A DNA stretch of 64,000 nt from Rhizophagus irregularis (taxonomy: Eukaryota), in assembly GCF_026210795.1 (NCBI RefSeq), contig NC_089433.1, forward strand, positions 992,001 to 1,056,000, read 5' to 3'. The notes under the pieces were generated by a model, which was given only the letters and a program-made list of their open reading frames with translations, ran no database searches and was not told the DNA's origin. The position numbers and the translations under genes were made by a program. Positions 38,423 to 52,040 of this stretch are shown here, piece by piece (the stretch's first letter is position 1; every line of letters starts with the position of its first letter).

Positions 38423-39744
38423 GTAAGTTCATGAATTATGTAAATTATTAACCCATCGTATTTATTTATAGTGAGCATGTATAAAAATAATATGTTTTAC
38501 TAAATTATTTTATAGAACTAGTCCAACCATATAGGATTGGTCTCTTTGTTATACGTTTTATTCTTTTATTTCTTTTAGTTCTTTAATTTTTTATTTTATT
38601 TCTTTTATTTCTTTTTATTTCTTTTTATTTCTTTTATTTCTTATATATATACAGTATATACAGTATATACATTTATATATCTTAGCCCAATTATGATTCA
38701 GGATTTGGGTTATTCATTATTTTTTATACACATATATTTTATTTTATATTTCTTGGCGTGCCCTTTATTGAAAAATCCACCCTACTATCTTACATTATTT
38801 ACATTTTATATATTGTGTCTGAACAGTTATTATTGAAGTTTTAAATTTAAAGATTTTTTAACATCTTTATTAAATTCCGTATAATTATTGGATCGGTCGG
38901 TCACGCATTGGAAAAGTTTGGAAAGTTATCGTCACTACCTCTTTCAAAAACTTACAAGTCAGAAGATCATATCACTAAATTCAGTTATAGTTTTATTAAT
39001 TTGTACTATTTGAATTATTTGAACTTATGAAAGAAGCGATTCTTTAAAGTAAATCTGTTATGAAAAGCTGAAATATAATAAACTTTTATTATAGTATGTT
39101 TAAATATGGAAGGTTTATAAGTAATAAAGGGATTACTAGAAGTTAATTTCACATATTGAATAATTCCAGTAAATATTTGGAATAATCGAACAATTTTAAT
39201 AAATTTAAATTGCAGGTAATGCGATCACTTTCAATACATTGTCTTTTTTCTATAAGATTAACGAATTGTTCGATTATTGACAAAAAGTTCATTTTTTTAT
39301 AATTTCTACATTATATTAAATGTACAGTCAGCCTTCGATACAACGGATTCGAATTTTTCCAAACACGTGATATTTAACTAATCCCCGACATGGATCACGG
39401 GAATTACATAAAGTTCCATATCAACATAATATAATTTTTTTTTGGTTGGAACCTCTACTGTCGCGTAATGTATTGAATCATTACGAGAAATTTAGTGATT
39501 GTTTAGAGATTTTTATTTATTTTATTTCTTTTATATTTATTATTTCTTACAATTCTTTGTTATTTCTTTCGAGTAAACAAAAGTTTGTTGACAAAAAAAT
39601 TTTTAAATATTTCCGTAATATTCTCTATATTCTCTTTTTTTCCCGGAATTGAAATAATATTTTACACGCTTTTCATTTCTTAAATTTTCCAGATATATAT
39701 TTTTTATTTTATCTTTAAATTCTTTATTTTTTATTTTTTTTTCC

Positions 39745-40263
39745 AAGACCCAGAAATATATATACAGGGGTAGGGCACACAGATGCGTCGCCATCATAGT
39801 GGAATTAGACGGAGTAAAGTTTTGATTTGCGTACAATTTAAGAATAGTTAGGTCATCAAGATTGCGTATTTTTTATCAAAATTTTTATATGTAAAAAATT
39901 AGTTTGCGTATTTTTGGGCTAATCTTCTATATCTTATATATTTACTGTACGTTAACCGCATTGTAATATTTAGTATCAATTGAAAGAAATAAAGAAATTT
40001 CTAAGGGTTAAAAAGTGAAATTTTAGAAAAATATTATTGAAAAAATGGCAAAATAAGAATAAATTCTATTTTTCACATTAGTATTTGGTTTTATAAATAA
40101 TATAGACTGAAGTCATGATAAAATAATTTATAACTTAATGTTTGAAATTTATTTTTTCAGGATTTTCAATATCAGGTGTCAATTATGCGTACTACTCATA
40201 TAAAAAGTCTCTTAGTAAAAAATTTTTCGCCATCTGACCCTTATATATATATTTCTGGGTCCT
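39745..40263. mobile_element. Non-autonomous DNA transposon with A(G/A)GACCCAGAAATATATATA TIRs
   Basis: 18-bp perfect inverted repeat gacccagaaatatatata (from 39747) / tatatatatttctgggtc (to 40261). No TSD recognisable. Confidence 0.65.
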
Positions 40264-40271
40264 ATCAACTG

Positions 40272-40388
40272 TTGCGTTGGATTTCAGATAATAATATTGA
40301 TCAACTTCCCTGGCCCGCGCAAAGTCCCGATTTAAATCCAATCGAAAATATTTGAGATGAATTAGAGCGTCACATTCGTAGGCATGTC
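40272..40388 (+). pseudogene. Tc1/IS630-family DDE transposase fragment
   Basis: LRWISDNNIDQLPWPAQSPDLNPIENI*DELERHIRRH carries the WPxxSPDLNPIE.W motif with TGG changed to TGA. Confidence 0.9.
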
Positions 40389-40565
40389 CCTTTGCAGGGG
40401 GAGTGGTTTAAGTTAGATGAATCAATCTGGTCGAAAGTATATGCTCGTAAAATTTTCCCATGTGTCAGGGGAGTGTACATCAAATATCCTCATTATAACG
40501 AATCAGCAAATTAAATTTTAAATTCTTCATTATAATCGTAGATTTCGGCATCAATAATTTATACT

Positions 40566-40800
40566 TGTTATTCCATGGGTATCAATGAATAACTGAAATA
40601 TTCACCGATGTCTTGGGGGCCCCCCCGAAGGGAGGGGAGCATCGGTGTATATGGAGTATTTATTAGATACCCATGGAATAACAGGTTTATCTCATTGTGT
40701 ATGGCGTATACACCGATGGATTTTATACTTTTTTATACTTTTTTATACCGGTGGAATAATTTACAAAAAAATCCATCGGTGTATACATAATACCGATGGG
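40566..40800. repeat. Double-palindrome element with a central GC hairpin (cccgaaggg)
   Basis: tgttattccatgggtatc/gatacccatggaataaca and caccgatg/catcggtg flank cccccccgaagggagggg. A second palindrome tatacaccgatggatttt/aaaatccatcggtgtata reuses the same motif. Confidence 0.8.
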
Positions 40801-41087
40801 ATAAATATATAATATCAGTTATGCTTTTAGTTTGAACCAAGCTTGATAAGAATTTAATGAGGTTAAATCACCTGATTTAATGTGTATAAACCATAACTAA
40901 TTAAACTAATTATCACTTGCTTATTTTTTTTTTCAAATTAAATTGATTATAGTTATTTATATCCATAAAATCTTATATTAATTTATTCATAATTACATAA
41001 GAATAAATCTTTGGATCTTTAAAAGAATTTAAAAAATTTAAAGTAAAATTACTATAAATCAACTTATAATAAAGATAATTCATAAAG

Positions 41088-41185
41088 TATCTTCCAGGAT
41101 GGTACCGATAATCCAGCAGCAATGAATCCTCCAGCCGATGTTCCAGCTATCATATTAAAAAGATGAGAAACAAGAAATACGGATA
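41088..41185 (-). pseudogene. Isolated patatin-like phospholipase fragment
   Basis: Translates to ISVFLVSHLFNMIAGTSAGGFIAAGLSVPSWKI, the patatin (F)xxIxGTSxGGxxA nucleophile elbow. Confidence 0.75.
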
Positions 41186-42118
41186 TTGTTTAAGGTTTTT
41201 TGAACTTCAATCAATCTAACATATTATCACATAAGAGTTATACAAGTTATTTTATTTTTAATTGATTTTGCTAATCTTCCAAAATATTTTGATGGATTTC
41301 ATTACTACAGTACAAGTCTTTAAGATCTGAAAAAGCATTGTTCAGCCTATGTGATACTGTGTATTTCACAATTAAATCTTTTGAATATTCTATTAACAAA
41401 TAAATGTTTCGTTTTTATCATGGATATGTTTAACTTCTTAATTTCTGGAAATCATTTCTTCCAAAAATGTTTACAGAAACTAATATAATTAAATGAAAAT
41501 GGATGATAACTGAAAATCTAATGCATTTTTTAAACATTATTAAATGGAATAAGATGTAAAATGAGTTATGATTGAAATAGACACTTACACATTCTCATGA
41601 TTTTCCCACGTGATATATTCTGGTTAGGGATGATTCATCCCGATGATTTATTCTTTGTGAAAAATAATAAGAAAATCTTAACTATCTATTTATTTTATTG
41701 TATATTTTTACGTAATCAGTTATCTGGTGGTAAAGTTAGAATCTAATCAAGTTTTTCAAGTCATTAATTTAAGAATCAAATTTTTTTTTATTACGTTATA
41801 ATATTGAATTCAATTTTAGCAAATTATTATGATGGAAAAGAATTAAATATTACCTCTCACTCAAACAATCTACATTTTTGATTTCAAATATTAACGCTTG
41901 ATGTTCAAACAAAAACATGGAAATTTTGTTCAATGTTCCAATTTAACATATAAGAAAATCTCGTTATACCGATTTTAAATTCGCATGTCTTATATATATT
42001 AACTTTTTGTTAAAAAACAATACAAACGAAGATTTACAAAGTAAATATTACCATAAAGGAGAATGTAATACAATTTCCATGAGATCATTCTTAATAAATA
42101 ATTCCACGTAGTGGATGA

Positions 42119-42317
42119 CCCTGTAAAAAATCTGATCCGTGTTTTATCTTTCCATGTTTTTTCCGTGAATGTATCATTTTCATGGAATTTATAGCCTTAA
42201 ATCATGGAAATTTTCATCTCGCTAACACGGATATCCGTGAATGTATCATTTTCACGGAATTTTTATGGAAGACACGGAGAAATAATGGAAATATTCGGAT
42301 AAAAATTTTTTATAGGG
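42119..42317. mobile_element. MITE with CCC...GGG termini and 3-bp TSD (CACTA/CMC- or Harbinger-like)
   Basis: tga|ccctgtaaaaaat ... attttttataggg|tga, with the internal repeat ccgtgaatgtatcattttca present twice. Confidence 0.75.
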
Positions 42318-42580
42318 TGATTTACGTTCTTTATCTTGATTCTCTTACATTATATCACTATTATACCGGGTTTATTACCAACAAACCTTCTGGGCTGAGG
42401 ACGTCTTGCCACAAGCTTTAATTCATAACTGAATGTACATATACATATGATTTGTGTTCATGGATTGACAATGCGCATAATTTTTAGCCCAACTGCATTA
42501 ACTTGTTGCTAGTATAAATTTTATTAAATTGTATTACATTACGACATTTTTTTTCCTCCTAAACATCATTTTAAACAACA

Positions 42581-44520
42581 ATGTCTTCGAAATTTTTGAC
42601 AGAGTTATCTAGTGATTATGAAAAACTTTTTGAAACGGAATTAGGATATGATGTTATCATTTATGCTGGAGAAGAACCAAACGTTAAAGAAATTCATGCT
42701 CATTCTAATATTTTGTGTATCAGGTCTCAATATTTTCGTTCCGCATTTTCTAATGAATGGGCTGAGAAAAAAGATGGGAAATTTATTTTAAAGAAACCAA
42801 ATATTTCGTCTCACTTATTTATTGCCGTTTTCAGAAATGTTGACATTAGAATGTCGATCATTTCTATAAATCGAACACACCGAACACACACCGAACACAG
42901 CAATTAAAATTAAAAAAAAACAAATTTTCCTTTAAAAAAAGCAAAATTAAAACTTTAGTAATATATTTTTAGGTAGTGTGCAAAAAAAAATGTATAAAAA
43001 TTATATTATTTGCATATATGTATTCACTTGTATTTGCTTGTATTTGCCAATGTTCGGTGTGTTCGGTGTGTTCGTTTGTGTTCGGTGTGTGTTCGGTACA
43101 AATTTTCATATTTTCAATTTTATTCATATCTAAAAAGTGACAAAAATAGTTTTTATATAAAGTTATGCATGAATACTTCAAGTTTGCATAATTTTTTGTA
43201 TGTGTTCACGGTGTGTTCGGTGTGTTCGGTATAAAATGGTCAAAATTTCAGATTGTCAACATTTCTGAAAACGGCAATAATGTTATTCTCAGGTAATTTA
43301 TAATATTAATAATAAAAATTTTCTTTGACATTTATTTATGTATTATATTTATTTATAATTAATTATCTTTTAACAATAGATTTATTTATTGTGGAAATAT
43401 TGAATTAAAGAATTTACAAGGTCCTGAAGTATTGAAACTTTTGATAGCTGTTGATGAGCTTAATATTCAACAATTGGTTTCTCATATTCAAGAATATTTG
43501 ATCGAGCATCAAACTGAATTTTTGAATCAAAATCCAACTGGTATTCTTGAAGTTATTTATCAACATGAAACATTTACAGATTTATGGAATTTTTGTCTTG
43601 AAAAAATTTGTGAAGAACCTGAAATTTTATTTAATTCAGATAAATTTATTAATTTAAAGGCTCCTTTGTTGGAATTATTATTAAAACGAGATGACTTAAA
43701 TATAGATGAAATTGAAATTTGGGAAAGTTTATTAAAATGGTGTTTTTCTCAACAAAATATCATAAATGATCCAACAAAATGGAATAAGGAAGATATTACA
43801 AAAATTGAAAGGTCACTACATAGATTTATTCCTTTAATTAGATTTTATGGTATTGAACCTGCGGATTTCTTTTACAAAGTTTATTGTTATAAAGAAATTT
43901 TGCCTCAGGATTTAATTCATAATCTTTTGGAATTTCATATAGTTCCTAATATGAAACCCAAAACTAATGTAGCACCTTCAAGAAAACTAAACTTGAAATT
44001 CAGACTTGATTCAACATTAATTGAATCAAATCACATTCCCTTATTCGCTTCATGGATTGATAAAAAGGATTCCTCTTATAATAAAAATAAGATCCCTTAT
44101 GAATTTAAATTATTATATCGTTCAAGTAGAGATGGATTTAATGGTGAGACTTTTCATAAACATTGTAACAATAAAGGAGCTACTATTTGGGCAGCAAAAA
44201 TTCAAGGTTCAACACAACTAATTGGAGGATATAATCCTCTTGATTGGAATGGAAATAAAATTTGGAAAAAAACTGCAGATAGTTTTTTATTTAATTTTAC
44301 AGATGGAAAAGATATTTCTACAGCAAAATTAGGTTATGTTAATAATACAAATTATGCTATTTTCTGCTATAATAATTATGGGCCATATACAGGTGATTTA
44401 TGTTGCCAGGGTTCTAATGATTGGGCTTGCTATGATCATAGTAATTATTATCCAAAGATAGGTATTCCAAAACATTTTATAGTAGAAAATTATGAAGTAT
44501 TCCAAGTGATAAGACAGTAA
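42581..44520 (+). pseudogene. BTB/POZ-BACK-TLDc protein gene, exon 1 interrupted by a MITE
   Basis: BTB (YDVIIYAGEE..HAHSNILCIRSQYF), BACK (EIEIWESLLKW) and TLDc (LLYRSSRDGF..FHKHC..IGGYNP..YEVFQV) motifs. Native intron 43293-43379. Removing 42822-43279 restores SSHLFNVILR|FIYCG. Confidence 0.9.
42822..43277. mobile_element. 456-bp MITE with perfect 24-bp TIR and TA TSD
   Basis: TA|ttgccgttttcagaaatgttgaca ... tgtcaacatttctgaaaacggcaa|TA, with subterminal ccgaacac / gtgttcgg repeats. Confidence 0.95.
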
Positions 44521-45103
44521 AATTTTACTATTTGTTATATAAAACTAACAAAAGTATTTTACTTAATATTCGTTCGTTAAAAGAAATTCTTTATTGTAAA
44601 AAGATTTGAATAAAAAGAAATTTTAAATACTATGCTTTTCCATCAATCAACTTTAAATTTAAGAATGAGTCAATGAGAATATTGCTAATACTCTTAATTT
44701 ATAATCTGAAGAAGTTGGTTATTTAATTTAAATTTATTCCGAATAATTTTTTCTAAAATTAAAATCTTCGAACATTTAACTCTTCAATTATATTTGACTA
44801 TGATACGAAAAATTTTTAATTATTATTTATTTTATTGATTTACTTTGTATGGGCATAAAACTAACGTTATGATTAACAATTTCTTTTATATTTTATATTT
44901 ATCTTAATAAAATATTTACGAACATTTGCAAAATATATAGTGGGTTAAATATTAAATATTGATCCAAATATAAAAGCGTTATAAATTTTAATGGGAAAAA
45001 AGTTTTTAGAAGATAAACACCATTCTGATAATTTTCGAGAAATATGTAAATGATTTTAAATTTGTTTTTTTAATGTATAAAATTCTATAACGATGAAATT
45101 AAT

Positions 45104-45258
45104 TAGTGTTCCAAAGGGGTCGAGTCGGGTCTGGTTTTGAGGTCTATTCGAAGTTTCGAACTCGATCTGAGTGTAAAAGTAATGACCCAGATTCGACTTG
45201 ATCCGATTATAGTCTGACTCGGATAACCCAGGTTCGACCCGTCCCTTTCGGAACACTA
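45104..45258. mobile_element. hAT-like MITE
   Basis: TIR tagtgttccaaaggg / ccctttcggaacacta with internal gacccg-like repeats. An 8-bp TSD is not recognisable. Confidence 0.65.
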
Positions 45259-48200
45259 TAATTTTTAACAAAGAAATATAAATGATTTAACGCAATATTT
45301 TTAATATACAACAAGAAACACTTAAATTCACAAGTACAATATAATAAGGTTTATAATGCGATTAACAATGTAATTGATCAATTATCTCTCACTTTTATTC
45401 GCCTTATATGGTTACTTTATTAATTAACTTGAAAACGATTACATTAAAACCTAAACTTTAGCCGGGACCCGAGCAGATCTGCAACATTTAAATAAAATCA
45501 TGTCCCAGCAGGGCAAGCGACGTATAATTCTGGTCGGAATTATTCAAAAAAGGAAAAATCTACATGGTAATTCTGTCATCCTACCTCCTAAATAATTTAA
45601 TAATGAATTACTTCAAAATACAGTATACTATTTGTAATACTGTAGCTTGCAGCTCATAAATATAATAATAGCTACTTGATAAACTTGGAACAAAGTTTTC
45701 TTTTTTAACGAGAACAAAAATCAAAAGAAATAGTTATAAAAGAAAGCATTGTTTTTGCAAAATTCTTTTTGGAATTCTCATTAATATGCAAACTAATATT
45801 TTCAATATCAACTTTTCGATCTTTGATAAAAAATTCATCCCTGAATTAATTATTACACAAAATGATCATTCTCATCCTGCCGAAATTTCCCAGAAACTAG
45901 ATGGTAATGAATTCTGGCCTAAACAATATAAATCACATAATAAGGTCAAAAAATTCTTATCTAAACGTAAATTCGCTCGTAAAATTTGCGAAAGCAATAA
46001 TAAGTTATAACCGAAGAAATAATGATTTAAATTAATGATATTTTCGATATTAATTCATAATTGTTTGTTGATAACAAAATTTCAGATTGTTCATATTTTT
46101 ATTAGTTAAATGTGGTGGATGAATATGGTTCTTTTAAGTAAGAATAGCTTCTAATTTTCTAATGCTTCCGCTATAAAAAGAAAACTTTTATGATTCTACT
46201 AAAGTGAGAATTTTTTCTTGTTCCAACTAAAACTAATACTTTAACTTCATTTATCAATTATTATGTATACTTGTATACTTTTGTAAAAAAAAATGTAATA
46301 TATTAATATTTGTAGTATTATTCAAATTATAAAATTTATAAAATTTAGCTGTAACATTGTATTATCATTATAAATTGGTAATTTAACTTGATTAATATCC
46401 TTACAAAAAAATTTTGATCTCACGCTTAAGTATAATTAATCATAAAGCCATGTAATGATTAATCTCGACCTACTAAATATAAATGTTTGTTCTTGATAAA
46501 AATTTTAGAATTTATCATAACTGCGAAATTTTAAATTTCACGATATTGTTTGTATAATTTTTTACTTAAAAATATTTTTATATGTTGTCTAATAATTTTA
46601 AGTTTATACTCAATACTTCCATATAGCGTTTATATGCCAATAAAAAAAATGGAATATAAAATCAAATATTTTTATAATTCATGAAATATATTTCTTTTTT
46701 TAAGCGCCCGAAATAAGAACCTGGATCGCATTATAAATTATATTATGGTATTATGGCCACACTAATTATGTAAAGAGAAAATACGAAATAATAAGTTTTT
46801 TTAATTACAGAGATATTAAATATTAATCTAGTAATCACTAAATTTCTTACATGTTCTTGATAATAAAATCATTAACATTTGGATCAATAAATGTGACAAG
46901 TAGTGTAGTGTAGTGGTAAGATTTTTTCATCAAATCCACGATATTACTATCTTTATTTTACATAAAACAAATTATACCTTTTTCAGAATTTTATTTTTTT
47001 TTTGGATTTTTTGGAATAAAAGACAGATGAGAAAAACGATAAAATAATCTTCAAAAAAATTTCACCCTTATTATTTAATTTTCTTCAAAATCCTTAGATT
47101 GGTCGCCAAATATATCTTGTAATTCTTGATTTAGTTTGGTACCTTACCTGTTTATTTTGATTCCATCATTTCGGAATGTTATTATCGTATTTATTGCTAC
47201 CACTGTCTCATTCTTCTGAATTCCCCTTTAAAGTATCAACAAATTCATTGGCAATTTGCTTCATTTCTCACTAAATTAAATACATCCTCTTTGTATCAAT
47301 ACTTTCTGATTTAGAAAAGAAATAACTGAATTACAAATATTTACTAGACATAAATCACTGTCAAAAATTTTATCAAAGGGGTTAACAATCCATGCTGCGT
47401 CTCAATTGCTTTTATCATTTTTATCATAAAATCTTCATTATAATAATATTCTGCTTACCATTAATTTTTAATTACACAGTAAAATTCGATAAACCGGATT
47501 TGGACCTAAACCGGACTTTTTTTTGCTGGAAACAAATCACGTATATTATAATAGTTTCGATATACCGGAGTTTACTAGTAATATTTGCTATAACGGATCA
47601 ATTTTCTAACATTTCAAAAACCGCTTGATAAATTCGATTATCATTATTTAGACATTGAAAAAGACATTTATATATATGATAATTAACAAAATCATTTATT
47701 TGGTGATTTATTTAGGAAAACTCAATGAGATGAAAGTATTAATCGATGACAAAATTGTTTTGGTTGATAAGTATTACTTATCCCCTGATCGGCACCATTT
47801 ACACGATTATGCAAATGTAGTTATACCTACTGGATAGCAAATTTTATATGTATTTATTTATCCGTTTCTAGGAAATTTTGCGGTAAAAATTAACTATTGA
47901 TTATACTATAATGGACTGATTTGAAAATTTGAGTAATTCGGAAAGATTTGCATTTTCCAAATGAGAAAAACTTTCTTTTAATTTATTTGTAATCTCAATA
48001 TTATTTTTCAAGTGTATTAGTAATAGTTCCGAAGCATTTTAAAATTCAATTATTTTTTAAAATCTTTTAAAATGAAAAAAAAAACCAAGCGAAAGAAAAA
48101 TAAGATACAACAATAAAATAAACTATATTAAACTCACGATATACTATAAAACACTTACTATTGTGTAAATGGCAGGGGATAAGCTATTTTACAGTTACCA

Positions 48201-51200
48201 TTGCAAGTGTATAAATCTTGATATCATTGTACGAGTCTACTTAATGAACTTATGTTTATACTATAAACATGTCAAAATGTATACTCACCATCATGTTCGG
48301 GCAGGTTTCGGAATAGCAGTTTGAAAGTTATAAAACCAAAATTGAATAATTCGGGTTTATACCTATGTTTAACTACTAATGAATATATTCTTACTTGTTA
48401 TAAGATAATATTTTTTAGGATTTGAAGATCTCTTATTGGCTTGACTTTAGATAATTAATTTTCTGCCTAAATAGTTGGAGTAAGAGAATGATTCTTTGAG
48501 TCATTTCTTTTATGGTCATGATTAATAATTATAAATCTAAATTATTCAATAGTGTTAGAAGTTATTGTCGTGCGAAGATCTTAGTCTCTCGATAGTTAAA
48601 AAGATTTTCTATAAACTTTTCAATTTAGTTTGTCATTTCATTAGATAAGTTTGTTGTAGTAAATAGTACTACCTTATATTCTTATTGTTTGTTGACATGA
48701 TCGGATTACATTAACATTATGATATTATATTGTCATTAGAATAAATAAAATAAACTAATAATATACTAAACAAGCAAAACCTTAATCGTTGATTAAATGA
48801 TATCATATATCTTAGCTTAGCAAGAAGTGTCTCACCTTGAGCATAACTGATTTGGAAGGAAGGTTCGCGATTAATTTCTGATTTACATGATCTACTGATG
48901 TCTAATAATAGAAACTATCGTATATGCAAAAAAAAAGTATTTTAAATATTAATTCCTAAAAGAAAATTATAAAGATATTATTATTATTTGATTGGTAAAT
49001 AACGAAATCACAAAATTGTAAAAATTGTGTAAATAATTCTTTTTTAGATATTTCCCGTGAAAATCTTTGGATACTGACTAAAATTATCATAATTCCGGCC
49101 TTGTGAAAATGTGCACAGCTAACAGTAAAGCTTTATTTATATATATTTTAGGGTCCTGGTAAATCATACAAAAGCTGCTGATATATAATTTCGGAATGAT
49201 CATTTTAATCGCTAACTTTAAAAAAGATGTTCTATATATATAATTTATAAATACTTATTTGTCTAGTGGTTCAAATAGTGACTTAATCTGTATTAATCAA
49301 TATTTTAGTGTTTCTACCTGATTGAATGCAAAGCTCAATTCAAGATTGGTATATAAGAAATCAATAATCGAAACTAAATAGGATGAAAGAATCGAAATTC
49401 AAATAAAACAGCGAAGACATTTAGCAATTTGCCGTGTTGTCAAGCCTTTTAAATTTTTTTTCAATTATTTGTCATCTAATATGTAATGTAAGTATTGATA
49501 GCATAAAATAATTGTTTGTAAAATTGAACTTGTTTATTTTTTTTTTATTTATTTCATCAAGTATAAAATCTTTAGTCACGTGACATTTCGACGCCGACCG
49601 GACGAATCTTATGAAAACAGCTGTAATGGCTGTGTATGAATTATTGACTTAACGGATTTATCTGCTCAACCGCTATACGAGAATTATCAGCTCAACGGCA
49701 GTAAAAGAATTAACAAAGTAATAGACTCATCTAGTTTCGTTCTACGATAATCTCTCAAAGTGGGTTGTGTAATCTCCCGCAGTCAATTGAAAAATTGGTC
49801 ACGATAAAAAATATCATTATTAAATAAATTTATTTAATTATATTATTTCATTTGTTCAAATTATCATGACAATGACTTTCTTTTTTTTAGCAAATAATTG
49901 TTTTTTAATATACTGTAAAATGTAAATACCCAACGAATACAATTTATAATTAACAATAAGGTTTTAATATCTACTTACTCAAATCGTTAATTATAATTGA
50001 AAATTTTTATTGAATAAAAAACATTTCGGAATTCGAAATACTTTTTAAATTTCTAAATAAATGTGTCGGAATTACTCTCAATTGAATGTAATACAACTAA
50101 TTTTTATATTGTTCTTATTGAATTAAATAACTCGTGAATTTAGGGAGAAATCGGTGAAAAAAAAAGTGAGGTAATTGTGGCTACCTTACTTTGTAATTTG
50201 AGTTTGGTTTAATTATATTTGGTTTAAATAAGTAAAAAATTAAATAATAATCGTGAACAAAGAATTCCTTTTAATAATTTATTTATATTAAATTCTCTTA
50301 TCAAAATGCACGATTAACAAACTTTGTACATATCTTGTTTTCATTATTTAACCGGAATTAAGCATATTTCGTTAAATTCATTTTTTTTTTAATAGAATAA
50401 TAGAATATTTTTAAATTCCTTGCGTTGTCATAATTCGTAAAGTTAATAGAAAGTAATAATTATTTTTCGTTGGTATTATTATCAATTCTAGGGACAACAA
50501 TTATAGGTCAATTATAATTTTTATATGATTTTGAATTTCTTTAGATAAATATTATCAAAATTTAATTCATAAACTAAAACTGAATTTTGTAATTGGTCTT
50601 AAATTGTGCGTAGTAAAAAAAAAATTAATAAGTCACGATCAAACTTTTTAAATTGTTTGACAATTAAAAAAAATATGCGTATATCGCTTTAATTTAAAAG
50701 TAAGATTTTTATATTTATTTATTTGTATAATGATTTGTTAAAATTAAAATTTCAACATTATTTCTTTTCCCATATATATATTATATATATGTGATATGTA
50801 TCTTTTCTAATAACCAGACTAGCCCGACCCGAGTACCCGATAATCCCGACAATAAAAATTTTCAAGTGTCCACTATATTTCGAATTTTGCTGTAAGTCAA
50901 ACCGGTTCTAACCTCTAGACTTTCAAGGAGATTGCGTGAGATTTCAAAAATCTAAAAGACCAATTTTTGCAGATCTCTTGGATTTTTTTAACGATATCCA
51001 TACTTCCTGAATACATTAATAAAATAGACTCTTGATAAAATGACTTGTAATTATGATATAGATACTTTGAAAGAATATTAAAAAAAGTATCAGTTTTTTC
51101 GGTTGTATTGTTGACTAAATTTAATTAAAGCACTTACCAGATCCTATATGATCGTGTTATTTACAATTACTTAAAATTTTAAGAAATATGATAACGTCTC

Positions 51201-52008
51201 TGGCTATCATCATCCTTTCGTATCACTGGCTACTATTAAAAAGAAATAAAATTTTACAAGGTACTTTATAATGCGTTTAATTGTTTCATGATTAAAATTT
51301 AATAATATTTTTGTATTAATCATACATGGTGTGTTTCCTGTCAGGATCTAATAGATTATAATGAATATAAATTCATAATAATATTAATAATAAATAGCAG
51401 TATTGCAAAGGATGCAAAAAAATAATAATAATTTCGTTCGTCATTAATTGATAATCATATCGTACCTGTAATATCTGTCGCTAACGACAATTAACCTATA
51501 AAACGGCAAAATCCTGCATACGGTGATCAAATGATTGAATTGCGCAGATTTTTGACAAAAAAAAAAATTAACTAATAATGACACAGACCAAGAAAATAAC
51601 GTTAATTCAAAAAGTTTTCCAAAGAAAATGCCGATCGCGTTGTAGAAATTATATTTAATACAGATGAATATATGTGATTGTATAATACTTAATATAATTC
51701 GATTTTATCGTTTTAAATTTGTACAAATAATTTTTTTTATTATTATATAATTGATTTTTAATATTAATTTAGATATCATGAATCAATTGGATCATGTAGT
51801 ATAAAGAAACCAAAATCAAATTTGTTTTTAAAATTACTCATTAAAAACGATCATGTAAAATTAGACGGGTCCAGAAAGAACTGTCTACAATTATTGTTAG
51901 TGAAAAACTTAGGATCCGCTGCGGGATAACTTAAATGTATAACATGAAAATTGGTAATAAGTCAAAACTGAGAATAATTCTGACCAGCATTACAAGACAT
52001 AAATGTAT

Positions 52009-52040
52009 ACTAGCAAAAGCCCGTTGCTTCGCACGGGTTC
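52009..52040 (-). mobile_element. Helitron-like 3' terminus
   Basis: Minus strand reads the hairpin cccgtgcgaagcaacggg, then cttttg, then CTAG followed by T. Confidence 0.6.

Noticed and set aside
42969..43234. ORFs inside the BTB gene insertion
   Set aside because: They derive from MITE subterminal repeats; no transposase motifs.
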